Below, one piece after another: positions 16,873 through 24,509 of a stretch of 40,116 nucleotides of DNA. A program made the translations under genes and the position numbers. Under the pieces are notes generated by a model, which worked only from the letters and a program-made list of their open reading frames with translations, was not told the DNA's origin and ran no database searches. The stretch is from IMG/VR virus record IMGVR_UViG_3300042346_001601. One strand, given 5' to 3'. This stretch comes from a virus (Duplodnaviria > Heunggongvirae > Uroviricota > Caudoviricetes). Position 1 is the first letter of the stretch; each line of letters opens with the position of its first letter.

Positions 16873-17124
16873 ATGAAAGAAATTTTCAAAACCATTCTAA
16901 AATTTATCTTTGCCAACACTAAATTGGACGAAAAATTAGCAGACACTCTTGAAACTGCCAAAGAGGAAATCACTAGAATAGATAAAAAATTCGATGATTT
17001 CAAGGCTGATCTAGAAAAAGTTCCTGTCGAAGAGGCTGAAGTTCCTACTGAAGAACAGCCTTCAGAACCAGTAGAAACTGAAGCTCCACAAGAAGTGTCG
17101 GAGACAACCGAACAGAACGTGTAA
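16873..17124 (+). CDS. Small acidic hypothetical protein
   Basis: 83-aa ORF in operon position, E/P-rich tail. Confidence 0.65.
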   Translation: MKEIFKTILKFIFANTKLDEKLADTLETAKEEITRIDKKFDDFKADLEKVPVEEAEVPTEEQPSEPVETEAPQEVSETTEQNV

Positions 17125-17152
17125 ATTAAGTTTAGAATAATTTAGGGGGATT

Positions 17153-17737
17153 TTAATCCTCTTCCTCTATCCAAAATTTTTGACGTTGCCTTGTAACACG
17201 GAGGTTCCAATAATTTTCATATTCATATGAATCTGTGGCCATAAGATTGTCCCAACCTTCTTGTTCGTAGGCATCTTTTCCGGCTTCACGCAGACACTGG
17301 TTGATCTGATCCCAGAATTCCTGTAATGTTTTAGATTCCAGAGCCGTTGATTTTATAGGATCTAGATCCAAACAATTACCAACACTTGGATCATCTTCTT
17401 CCCCTGCTTCAATAGAAACTTTGCCAGCTTTGATGTTATTCAAGACTGAGTCCTGAAGAATTTCTGAAAAACTATTCGGGGTGTTATTGGGTTTTCTTAA
17501 ATCCTCTTTTGTCAACTCCGAAATTGGAACCCTTAAATATCTATCATAGTAATCTTCGAAATCATCTCCCTGATAATTAAATTCAAATTTAACACCTCCG
17601 AACGCAAAGATAAGCCATTTTTGTTCGGTGCTACCCACCAGATATTTAGGTTGAAAGACCCCCAGATCTTCAATTCCGTATATCAACGTCTCTTGCTTGT
17701 CTGTCTCAAAATTTTCAAATACTTGGACGTGTCTCAT
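17153..17737 (-). CDS. Acidic hypothetical protein with leader peptide
   Basis: MRHVQVFENFET start; box at 17742. Confidence 0.75.
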   Translation of the reverse strand: MRHVQVFENFETDKQETLIYGIEDLGVFQPKYLVGSTEQKWLIFAFGGVKFEFNYQGDDFEDYYDRYLRVPISELTKEDLRKPNNTPNSFSEILQDSVLNNIKAGKVSIEAGEEDDPSVGNCLDLDPIKSTALESKTLQEFWDQINQCLREAGKDAYEQEGWDNLMATDSYEYENYWNLRVTRQRQKFWIEEED

Positions 17738-17741
17738 GATT

Positions 17742-17749
17742 TATATATC
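17742..17749 (-). promoter_or_regulatory. GATATATA box
   Basis: 4 nt upstream of ATG 17737. Confidence 0.7.
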
Positions 17750-17767
17750 TCAAGAACACCCCATATT

Positions 17768-18358
17768 TTATTTTTGAATCGCCCAGCTTCCAATAAATTC
17801 ATTCGAGATCTTGGCCTGTTTACCTGTCTTTTCCGTTAAGATTGAAAGAGCCAGGTTGACTCCATAGTTTCCTAGAAACACTCCGTCTTCATCCCAGATT
17901 TGACAGTTTTTGTCTTCCTTGTGCTGCCATGTTTGAAGATCTGTATTCAGATAACCAGAACCACTAATCCATCCTCCGGACTTCACCTTCCCCAGCCATG
18001 TCTCGTAGTGGTCCAGAGTTCCTTCGTAAGAAAAATTGTGGTTCAAATAGATCAGATCTAAAGAGGAAGCACCAAATACCTCTAAAATTGTATTAGAATC
18101 CGCTCTTATCAGAGCTATCTGGGAAGAAAATTCAGAGTTTTGATTCACCAAATTTTCTAGATCTATCAGGTTTTTATCTCTATCGGAGTCTTGTTCCACC
18201 ACATCGGCCAAGTAAATTCTGGTTCCAGGCAGGGATTTAATAAGATAGTGGATCCAGCTAAGATTTTGAACTCCATAGAATAAAATTCGGGCTTTGGGTC
18301 TCTTTTTAATCAAAGATTTGATCAAAGAGATTTTGGTTTGGTCTTTTTCTGGTGTCAT
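17768..18358 (-). CDS. Class I SAM methyltransferase-like protein (Methyltransf_24 type) with degenerate motifs
   Basis: Spacing matches the family (YLAD, IRADS, LDLIYL, W.GKVKSGG.I.G..Y, YGVN, GSW); probable start MTPEKD after the terminator. Confidence 0.6.
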   Translation of the reverse strand: MTPEKDQTKISLIKSLIKKRPKARILFYGVQNLSWIHYLIKSLPGTRIYLADVVEQDSDRDKNLIDLENLVNQNSEFSSQIALIRADSNTILEVFGASSLDLIYLNHNFSYEGTLDHYETWLGKVKSGGWISGSGYLNTDLQTWQHKEDKNCQIWDEDGVFLGNYGVNLALSILTEKTGKQAKISNEFIGSWAIQK

Positions 18359-18377
18359 ATTTTTTGGTAAAGGGAAG

Positions 18378-18402
18378 AAAAAACCCCACTTAGGTGGGGT
18401 TT
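18378..18402 (-). terminator. Rho-independent terminator
   Basis: Stem AAACCCCAC/GTGGGGTTT with a 4-nt loop; T-run follows on the minus strand, downstream of the HTH gene. Confidence 0.8.
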
Positions 18403-18423
18403 CAAACAAAAAGCTGGATTCAA

Positions 18424-18636
18424 TTATTTTCTAGGCCTCATAATCTTGTAGGCATAGTTTACAATAGACTGGTTACTGTAAACAGAATTCAAAACATATG
18501 AAACATAGGAAGGAGAATAACCGGTCATTTCGGAAATTCTTTTTTGATCTCCCCTTCTAATTTTTTGGCTGATGAGTGCCAATTTTTGAGAGTAAGTCAG
18601 AGGGGTTTTTTTGGATTCGATGGTTTTTTGTGGCAT
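18424..18636 (-). CDS. Small helix-turn-helix DNA-binding protein
   Basis: QKRISEMTGYSPSYVSYVLN matches an XRE/LacI-type HTH. Confidence 0.7.
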   Translation of the reverse strand: MPQKTIESKKTPLTYSQKLALISQKIRRGDQKRISEMTGYSPSYVSYVLNSVYSNQSIVNYAYKIMRPRK

Positions 18637-18702
18637 TTTTTTGATTTAACCCTTATTATAGATAGGATGAATTCAGAAGTTTCCCCTCCCAAATTTTTTT
18701 TG

Positions 18703-18792
18703 TTACTTACTTTCTTTTTCTTTGGATTGCCTGCCACCAAATTTAGTCCCAAAAAGATTACTATAAATACAGGTTACAAATTTAGTTTTCAT
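18703..18792 (-). pseudogene. Truncated copy of the 5' end of 26179-27057
   Basis: MKTKFVTCIYSNLFGTKFGGRQS then KEKESK*; lies in the duplicated segment. Confidence 0.8.
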
Positions 18793-18845
18793 GTTTTTGT
18801 TTTTCTATCCAATTAAAATCTAAGAAATTTGAATTTAGCTTATTT
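18723..18845. repeat. 123-bp direct duplicate of 26988-27110
   Basis: TGGATTGCCTGCC...GAATTTAGCTTATTT; no mismatch found by eye. Confidence 0.9.
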
Positions 18846-18919
18846 CGCACAAATTTCTTGTATATATTTTCCAACCGATTTCTTCGGGTCACATTTAATT
18901 TTAGATCTGGGAGGAATCT

Positions 18920-20662
18920 TTAAATTTTGATGATGAGAGTACTTGCTCCATCCCAGGATTCTTCAAACAAAAAACTTCCATGTTCGAAAACACGAATTTT
19001 AGCAACATTCTGAAAATCACTTTTGAGCCAATAATAAGTTCCCAAAGAATGCAGTATGCTTTCGGTCCTACCATCCTCAAATGTAATTTCTATTGTTCTT
19101 TCGACTTGGGAATCTCTCAAATTGCGGCTAAAGATTGAAAAGCCCAAATCTTGCCCGGCAAGATCCCGGACAGCAAAAAGTGCGGTTAGACACCCTTGAT
19201 ATTTTGGATCTGTGTTATATACCCCCGTGACCAAATTCCATTTGGTGTCAGGAAAATCCAGAAAAAGTTGGGTTAAGCCATCTCGAACCATGTAGGTGTC
19301 AGGATCTTGAGAAGTCAAATTCAAATGGAAAAATTTTTCCACGTCCAAAAAATCCAAATTGCCCTGTCTCTGAATCAAATAATTTCGATAATCCTCTTCT
19401 AATTTAATTTCTTGAATCAAATTTTTGAAATGTTTAATGTCGGCAAAGATGGGCACCGAAGAAACATCAGAATCCCCATTGAAATAAAATAAGGCTTGGG
19501 CTGGACCAGGAGAACACAGTTGGGGTAGATTGCCTAAGAATTCCAAAGACTTTGGCCCAAATTGGTTGTCCCCCGTCAGATACAAAAAAGTTTTGTAACC
19601 CATTGAATCTGCCAACGCCAGGGAATGACTCAAATTGCGAAGCACAGATAAGCCATATCTTTGATACGAAGGCAACCAGTGGTTTATTTCCAATTCATCG
19701 GTTCCAAACCAAAATCTGAGAATGGGAATATTAGTGTAATCCGAACCAAAATAGGGTGCTTCTTTCAGGTAAATAAAGAAATTTATGCGGGCCAAAGTTT
19801 CAGGTTGAAGCCGAGAATTCGAAACAACCATGACATCAAATCCAAGTTGTAACAAACCGTCCAAAGAGCGATTCAAAATTTCTTCCGTCTCTGGATTGTA
19901 AATGTAGGTCGTGATTAAAATGAGAGGCTTGTCAGTTTGAGAAATTTTTGGTGACTCAGAATTGACCCCAGATTTGGAAATTCTTTTCAAATATCCGTTC
20001 GGATTAAACGTGGCATTTGTTCCAAACATGTCAGTCCATCTGCGATCCACCACGAATTCTGGGTTATTTCGAAGTAAATTTTCCGTGGCCAACATCGGAC
20101 CACCCCCGTAGGCGGAGGGATCTTCAAAATAAATTACCCCGTCCTCGATGATGTAATATGAATTTAAGGAGACCCAAGGAGAAAATTTTGAGAACGCCTG
20201 ACTTACATCCTCCGCAAAGTGAGACCCGTCATCAATCACCAGGATGGTGTTGAAACCCGACATGAGATTGACATCATAACCTTGATAGCCTTCGCCAAAT
20301 AAACGAATATTGGGGTGGGATGTTACCACAGGATTCAGATCCTCTGGAACGGCAAGATCTATCGAGTGGACCATCCCACCCCAACGAGAAACGATGTCCG
20401 CCAGATATAGTGCTCCTCCTCCTTCATGAGTTCCAATTTCCACCACCAAATCGGGTTTAACCTCCTCGAGAATCATCTGGTACATGACATAATCAAATGG
20501 ACATTTCAGATATCTAATACCCCGATAGGTCACCGCGAAATGACCCGAATTGGGCCAAACGTGGCTGCCTTGAATGGAAGCCAAATTTAAATCATATGTT
20601 TTGGGAAAGGGAACATTTGTCTCCATAGTTGAATTCAATGTGATTAAAAAGTTTCTTGGCAT
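18920..20662 (-). CDS. CmcI-family (cephalosporin hydroxylase/rhamnosyl O-methyltransferase-like) domain fused to an unrecognised C-terminal domain
   Basis: YRGIRYLKCPFDYVMYQMIL..VKPDLVVEIGTHEGG; LVIDDGSH; YIIEDG. Confidence 0.75.
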   Translation of the reverse strand: MPRNFLITLNSTMETNVPFPKTYDLNLASIQGSHVWPNSGHFAVTYRGIRYLKCPFDYVMYQMILEEVKPDLVVEIGTHEGGGALYLADIVSRWGGMVHSIDLAVPEDLNPVVTSHPNIRLFGEGYQGYDVNLMSGFNTILVIDDGSHFAEDVSQAFSKFSPWVSLNSYYIIEDGVIYFEDPSAYGGGPMLATENLLRNNPEFVVDRRWTDMFGTNATFNPNGYLKRISKSGVNSESPKISQTDKPLILITTYIYNPETEEILNRSLDGLLQLGFDVMVVSNSRLQPETLARINFFIYLKEAPYFGSDYTNIPILRFWFGTDELEINHWLPSYQRYGLSVLRNLSHSLALADSMGYKTFLYLTGDNQFGPKSLEFLGNLPQLCSPGPAQALFYFNGDSDVSSVPIFADIKHFKNLIQEIKLEEDYRNYLIQRQGNLDFLDVEKFFHLNLTSQDPDTYMVRDGLTQLFLDFPDTKWNLVTGVYNTDPKYQGCLTALFAVRDLAGQDLGFSIFSRNLRDSQVERTIEITFEDGRTESILHSLGTYYWLKSDFQNVAKIRVFEHGSFLFEESWDGASTLIIKI

Positions 20663-20785
20663 TATATGGGATTAAACGTGGATGTTTCAAGGTGTTTCTA
20701 AATCCAAGAAGATACGTAAGATACCAACTCTAGGTTTCCAATTTTAATTCTCGGAGAAAATATATAAAGAAAATTAATTTCATAT

Positions 20786-21172
20786 ATGTCGAGGGTTCTG
20801 AATTTCAATCAATTTTCAAAATTGTATGAGACCGAGACCGGCCAGCCCGTAACTTTAGACACAGAAGCTAGGGACTTGCTGGATGTGATTATTTATCTAG
20901 TTTCATCCTGGTATGGTTCTTTGCTAAGTTTAACTCCGAGTGGAGAATATAAAGAAATCTTACAAGATTTAACCTCAATTATTTCAGCAGGGGTAGATCA
21001 AAAAGGAGAGGCCATGAAAAAAAATCATAGCCAAAGTTGGAGCTTCGATCAGCAAGGAATTTAAAGAAGCAGGCTTGGAAAAGCTTTGGACAGACGCAGG
21101 AAATCTATCGGCTGACTCATATACAGCTTTAGTTGACCAATTTAAAGACGATAAGGATAAGTCAGAGGCCGC
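20786..21172 (+). pseudogene. Leader-bearing gene broken by a +1 frameshift in an A8 run and cut by the duplicated segment
   Basis: MSRVLNFNQFSKLYET leader; with A7 instead of A8 (21017-21024) the frame continues KKIIAKVGASISKEFKEAGLEKLWTDAG...KDKSEA to the repeat junction at 21173. Confidence 0.6.
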
Positions 21173-21308
21173 TAGCGGGAAATATTTCAAATTCCCACCC
21201 AATCCACTCCATTTCTTTTCTGAATTTTTCCAGTCTATCTGATCTTTTCTCTAAGTTTATAACAATTTTTTTAATTTCTGAAAAAGTGATTTTAGACATG
21301 TTTTTTAT
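21173..21308. repeat. 136-bp direct duplicate of 27646-27781 (3 mismatches), encoding a 45-aa truncated GT25 N-terminus (21162-21299, minus)
   Basis: MSKITFSEIKKIVINLEKRSDRLEKFRKEMEWIGWEFEIFPA then SGL*. Confidence 0.9.
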
Positions 21309-21658
21309 TTCTGCTCTGAGGAACCTGATTTTTTCTCCTTTTCCTTCTCTTTTTTTGGTCTCTTCTTTTTCTTTTCTGGAGTCTTAAATTTAAGAAAAGC
21401 AGGTAAAAATTCAGGATTTGTGTACAGCAGATTCAAGGCATCGGTGATTTTAAATTCTTTGCCTAAAAAAATCCGGTCTAGATCTTTGATTCTCTGTTCC
21501 CAGGACTTGTAATCAAAATCCTCTTGATTTGCGACGTCTTTGACCGAGATTTCACCCCTAATTAATTTCTGGAGAAGTCTGGCTCTTTTAGACATCGAAT
21601 TTTCCACTGCGATGACACCTTTTTTTTCGAACAGTGGATATGGGAGGAGATATTTCAC
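21305..21658 (-). CDS. Hypothetical protein; probable GTG start giving leader MKYLLPYPLFE
   Basis: Box at 21686-21693 lies inside the longer 21766 ORF; the GTG downstream of it yields a leader like the others; Lys-rich tail ends in the duplicated segment. Confidence 0.6.
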   Translation of the reverse strand: MKYLLPYPLFEKKGVIAVENSMSKRARLLQKLIRGEISVKDVANQEDFDYKSWEQRIKDLDRIFLGKEFKITDALNLLYTNPEFLPAFLKFKTPEKKKKRPKKEKEKEKKSGSSEQK

Positions 21659-21685
21659 AGGATCAGAAGGACAAGTTCTTTTGGC

Positions 21686-21721
21686 TATATATCTTGAAGG
21701 ACTGTTCTTGATCGATATATA
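21686..21721. promoter_or_regulatory. Back-to-back GATATATA boxes (minus 21686-21693, plus 21714-21721)
   Basis: Both exact; they serve the divergent starts 21658 and 21747. Confidence 0.65.
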
Positions 21722-21746
21722 GACTGAAGCCAAAAAAAATTCTCCG

Positions 21747-24506
21747 ATGACCCCAGAAATAGACAAAAAAGTAAAAGAACTATTCGAGCAAACCCCTGAA
21801 GAAATTGGGGTTGGTTATGGACTGGTAATGAAAGGCGGCCAACTGACAGGAGAACGGGGATTTGTTTATTACGTTCCTAGAAAAATTCCTATTGAGGACC
21901 TCCAACCGGACCAGATTCTACCTTCCCAAATCGATCTAGATGGTGTTTCACACCAAACGGATGTCATTGAGATAGGAGAAATTAATCTTCTAAATTGTTC
22001 TCCTAATGTTGCTAATAACTGTTATGGGTGGCAGACGGTCTCCCCTGGCAACAGAGGAACAATTCGTCCTTTGCAGGGAGGAATTTCTCTGAGATCTGAT
22101 TTTCGAGGGATTGGGACTTTAGGATTTCTGGCTCTAGATTCAGACACCGGATCGTTAGTAGGTGTGACCAACAATCACGTAGTGGTTGGGGCTCCTTTTT
22201 ACACCGGAAATAGATTACAGCCAACTGTTCCTTTGCCTTTAGTGCCTAGCGATAACGAGGTGAACGATAATGCCTATAACACAGGAGAGGCTGGGGCAGA
22301 TCCTCTTTTGAAGATTGGTGAAGTAGTTAGATACGTTCCCATTTATGCTACCTCAGTTGCAGGAGTTCCTCAGACTATTTATAATAACGTTGATGGGGCT
22401 TTGATCTCTATCCTACCTTCGGTGGTAACCGAAAGCGATTCATGGAGACAATATGGACTTCTTGGACAAACTGGACCTATGCCTTTCGCTACTACTGCAG
22501 AGATAAATTCTTTGATTGGCCAAACAGCTGCTAGCTCCGGTCGAACTACAGGGGTGAAAGAGGGTTCTAACTGTGGTTTACTGATACACTCTGTTAACTA
22601 CAGTAGTCAGGTAGCTCCTTATCCTTTAAGACCCTATTCTGGAGCTCCTGCCTTATTTCAGAATTTAATATCTTTTACCAGAATTAATCCCGCTTGTAAC
22701 TACCCCATAGCACCTGGGGATTCAGGTTCAGCCTTATGTGCAATTATCAATGGTACTTATAAAATAATTGGTCTTTGTTTTGCCGGTTCCCTTTCTTTTG
22801 GCCTCGCCTGCCGTATAGATTATGTTGCGGCAGAACTAGGAATTGAGGCTTGGGTAGGGCAAACCCCTAACTATGTGTCTAGCAAAAACATTCTCAGTAT
22901 TCCGGGGGTATCAAACCAAAAAATCCAAATTTGCGAGGGTGAAGAATATTGGCAGGTAGGACTTTATAATTCCCTAGTTCCATGCACTCAGCCTTCGGCT
23001 TCGAATACCCCCTCTCAAACCCCCACTAACACCCCGACCCCTACCAATACTCCTAGCCCAACACCAACCCCCTGTGCCTGTACTACTTTCGAGATAATAA
23101 CAGGGGTGGGTGTTATTTCGATCCAGTACACCAATTGCAATACTGGTGCTATCTCTTTTTTAGGAGGGGCATCTCCAGGCTTACCTTATCCAACTGGCAG
23201 TCTAATCAGAATCTGTTCTTGTTCAGTTCCTCAGGCAGTTGGTGGAACCATCACCGTCCAAAATCCAGTTTCTGGGTGTTCCCCCTACAACTTGACCATC
23301 GGCACAGTGACTGGAAATGCAGGAGATGTGGTGGAAGTTCCTGTTATTTTGAATCTAAACCCTTCTATTCAGTTTCAGCTGGGATCTATTTCTCTCTGGG
23401 TTCTTTATGACTCTAATGATTTATCCTGTGCTTCTCCTTTCTACACAGATCTGAATCCAATTTTCACCCAAAACACAGTTTTCAACTGCGGGACTCCGGA
23501 TCCTTCTTTCGGAACGGGACTGGAAGTATTTAGCTTTGCGTGGTTTGATTTATCGGGGCCCAATTGGACAACAGGTACCTTGTTTAAAATCAGATTTACT
23601 GTTTTACAGTCAGGAACCCATCCTTTGATTTTCGCTCCAGATCCTTCATATTATGAAGTTGCTGACCCTAACGGTATTCCCTATCAACCAATGACAACCC
23701 AGGCCGGAGCTGTCGTTGCTCCTCTTACCCCGACCCCTACTCCTAGTCCTACTAGCACCCCTATTGCTGCTTTTATAAGTCAATGGACTACGACAACTTC
23801 TAATGAAACTATTTTCCTCCCGTTGGTTCCTTCTGGCTCATATAATTTCACAGTCAATTGGGGAGACGGTAACACCGAAACAATTACTACACCGAGTCAG
23901 AATTTTCATGTCTATTCCACTGCTGGAACTTACACTGTCACTATTAGAGGTCAAATTCAAGGTTGGAGTTTCGCCCAGGTGGCATATTCTAGACAAAATA
24001 TAGTTTCCGTATTGGAGTGGGGTCCATTAAGAGTTGGTAATTACGGTGGTAATTTTAACGGGTGTACTAATTTAAATCTGAGTTCCATTTCAGATTCTCT
24101 TGATCTCACTGGGATTACAAGTTTATATTCTTTCTTCGAGAATTGTGGTAATATAACTACAATTCAAAATATCAATTCTTGGGATGTCTCATCGGTGACG
24201 AATATGTCGGTGATGTTCGGTGATTGCTTCGTCTTCAACCAGTCTCTCGATTCTTGGGATGTCTCATCGGTGACGAATATGTCGGGGATGTTCCGTAATT
24301 GCTCCGTCTTCAACCAGTCTCTCGATTCTTGGGATGTCTGTCTGGTTAACAATATGAATAGTATGTTCGAGGATTGCTCATCCTACGATCAGGATATTTC
24401 AAGCTGGAACGTGCCATTAATTCCTTCTCCTCCTTCTCTTTTTGATTTTGGAACCCCAGCTTCTTGGACGTTAGCTGAAAAACCCAACTGGGGAGCTTCC
24501 TGTTAA
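21747..24506 (+). CDS. Multidomain protein: Nal1-type trypsin-like serine protease, PT linker, cohesin-like domain, PT linker, PKD domain, DUF285/BspA-like repeats
   Basis: Triad TNNHVV / VDGAL / PGDSGS; TPTNTPTPT linkers; GTVTGNAGDVVEVPV...LYD...GTLFKIRFTV; FTVNWGDG..HVYSTAGTYTVTI; WDVSSVTNMS.MF..C..FNQSL. Confidence 0.8.
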   Translation: MTPEIDKKVKELFEQTPEEIGVGYGLVMKGGQLTGERGFVYYVPRKIPIEDLQPDQILPSQIDLDGVSHQTDVIEIGEINLLNCSPNVANNCYGWQTVSPGNRGTIRPLQGGISLRSDFRGIGTLGFLALDSDTGSLVGVTNNHVVVGAPFYTGNRLQPTVPLPLVPSDNEVNDNAYNTGEAGADPLLKIGEVVRYVPIYATSVAGVPQTIYNNVDGALISILPSVVTESDSWRQYGLLGQTGPMPFATTAEINSLIGQTAASSGRTTGVKEGSNCGLLIHSVNYSSQVAPYPLRPYSGAPALFQNLISFTRINPACNYPIAPGDSGSALCAIINGTYKIIGLCFAGSLSFGLACRIDYVAAELGIEAWVGQTPNYVSSKNILSIPGVSNQKIQICEGEEYWQVGLYNSLVPCTQPSASNTPSQTPTNTPTPTNTPSPTPTPCACTTFEIITGVGVISIQYTNCNTGAISFLGGASPGLPYPTGSLIRICSCSVPQAVGGTITVQNPVSGCSPYNLTIGTVTGNAGDVVEVPVILNLNPSIQFQLGSISLWVLYDSNDLSCASPFYTDLNPIFTQNTVFNCGTPDPSFGTGLEVFSFAWFDLSGPNWTTGTLFKIRFTVLQSGTHPLIFAPDPSYYEVADPNGIPYQPMTTQAGAVVAPLTPTPTPSPTSTPIAAFISQWTTTTSNETIFLPLVPSGSYNFTVNWGDGNTETITTPSQNFHVYSTAGTYTVTIRGQIQGWSFAQVAYSRQNIVSVLEWGPLRVGNYGGNFNGCTNLNLSSISDSLDLTGITSLYSFFENCGNITTIQNINSWDVSSVTNMSVMFGDCFVFNQSLDSWDVSSVTNMSGMFRNCSVFNQSLDSWDVCLVNNMNSMFEDCSSYDQDISSWNVPLIPSPPSLFDFGTPASWTLAEKPNWGASC
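24177..24326 (+). repeat. 75-nt tandem coding repeat (two 25-aa DUF285 units)
   Basis: Units 24177-24251 and 24252-24326 differ at 4 nt. Confidence 0.9.
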
Positions 24507-24509
24507 AAC

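Noticed and set aside
21659-21766. N-terminal extension of the track ORF 21305-21766
   Set aside because: It overlaps the start of 21747 and spans both boxes; the GTG at 21658 gives a family-type leader.
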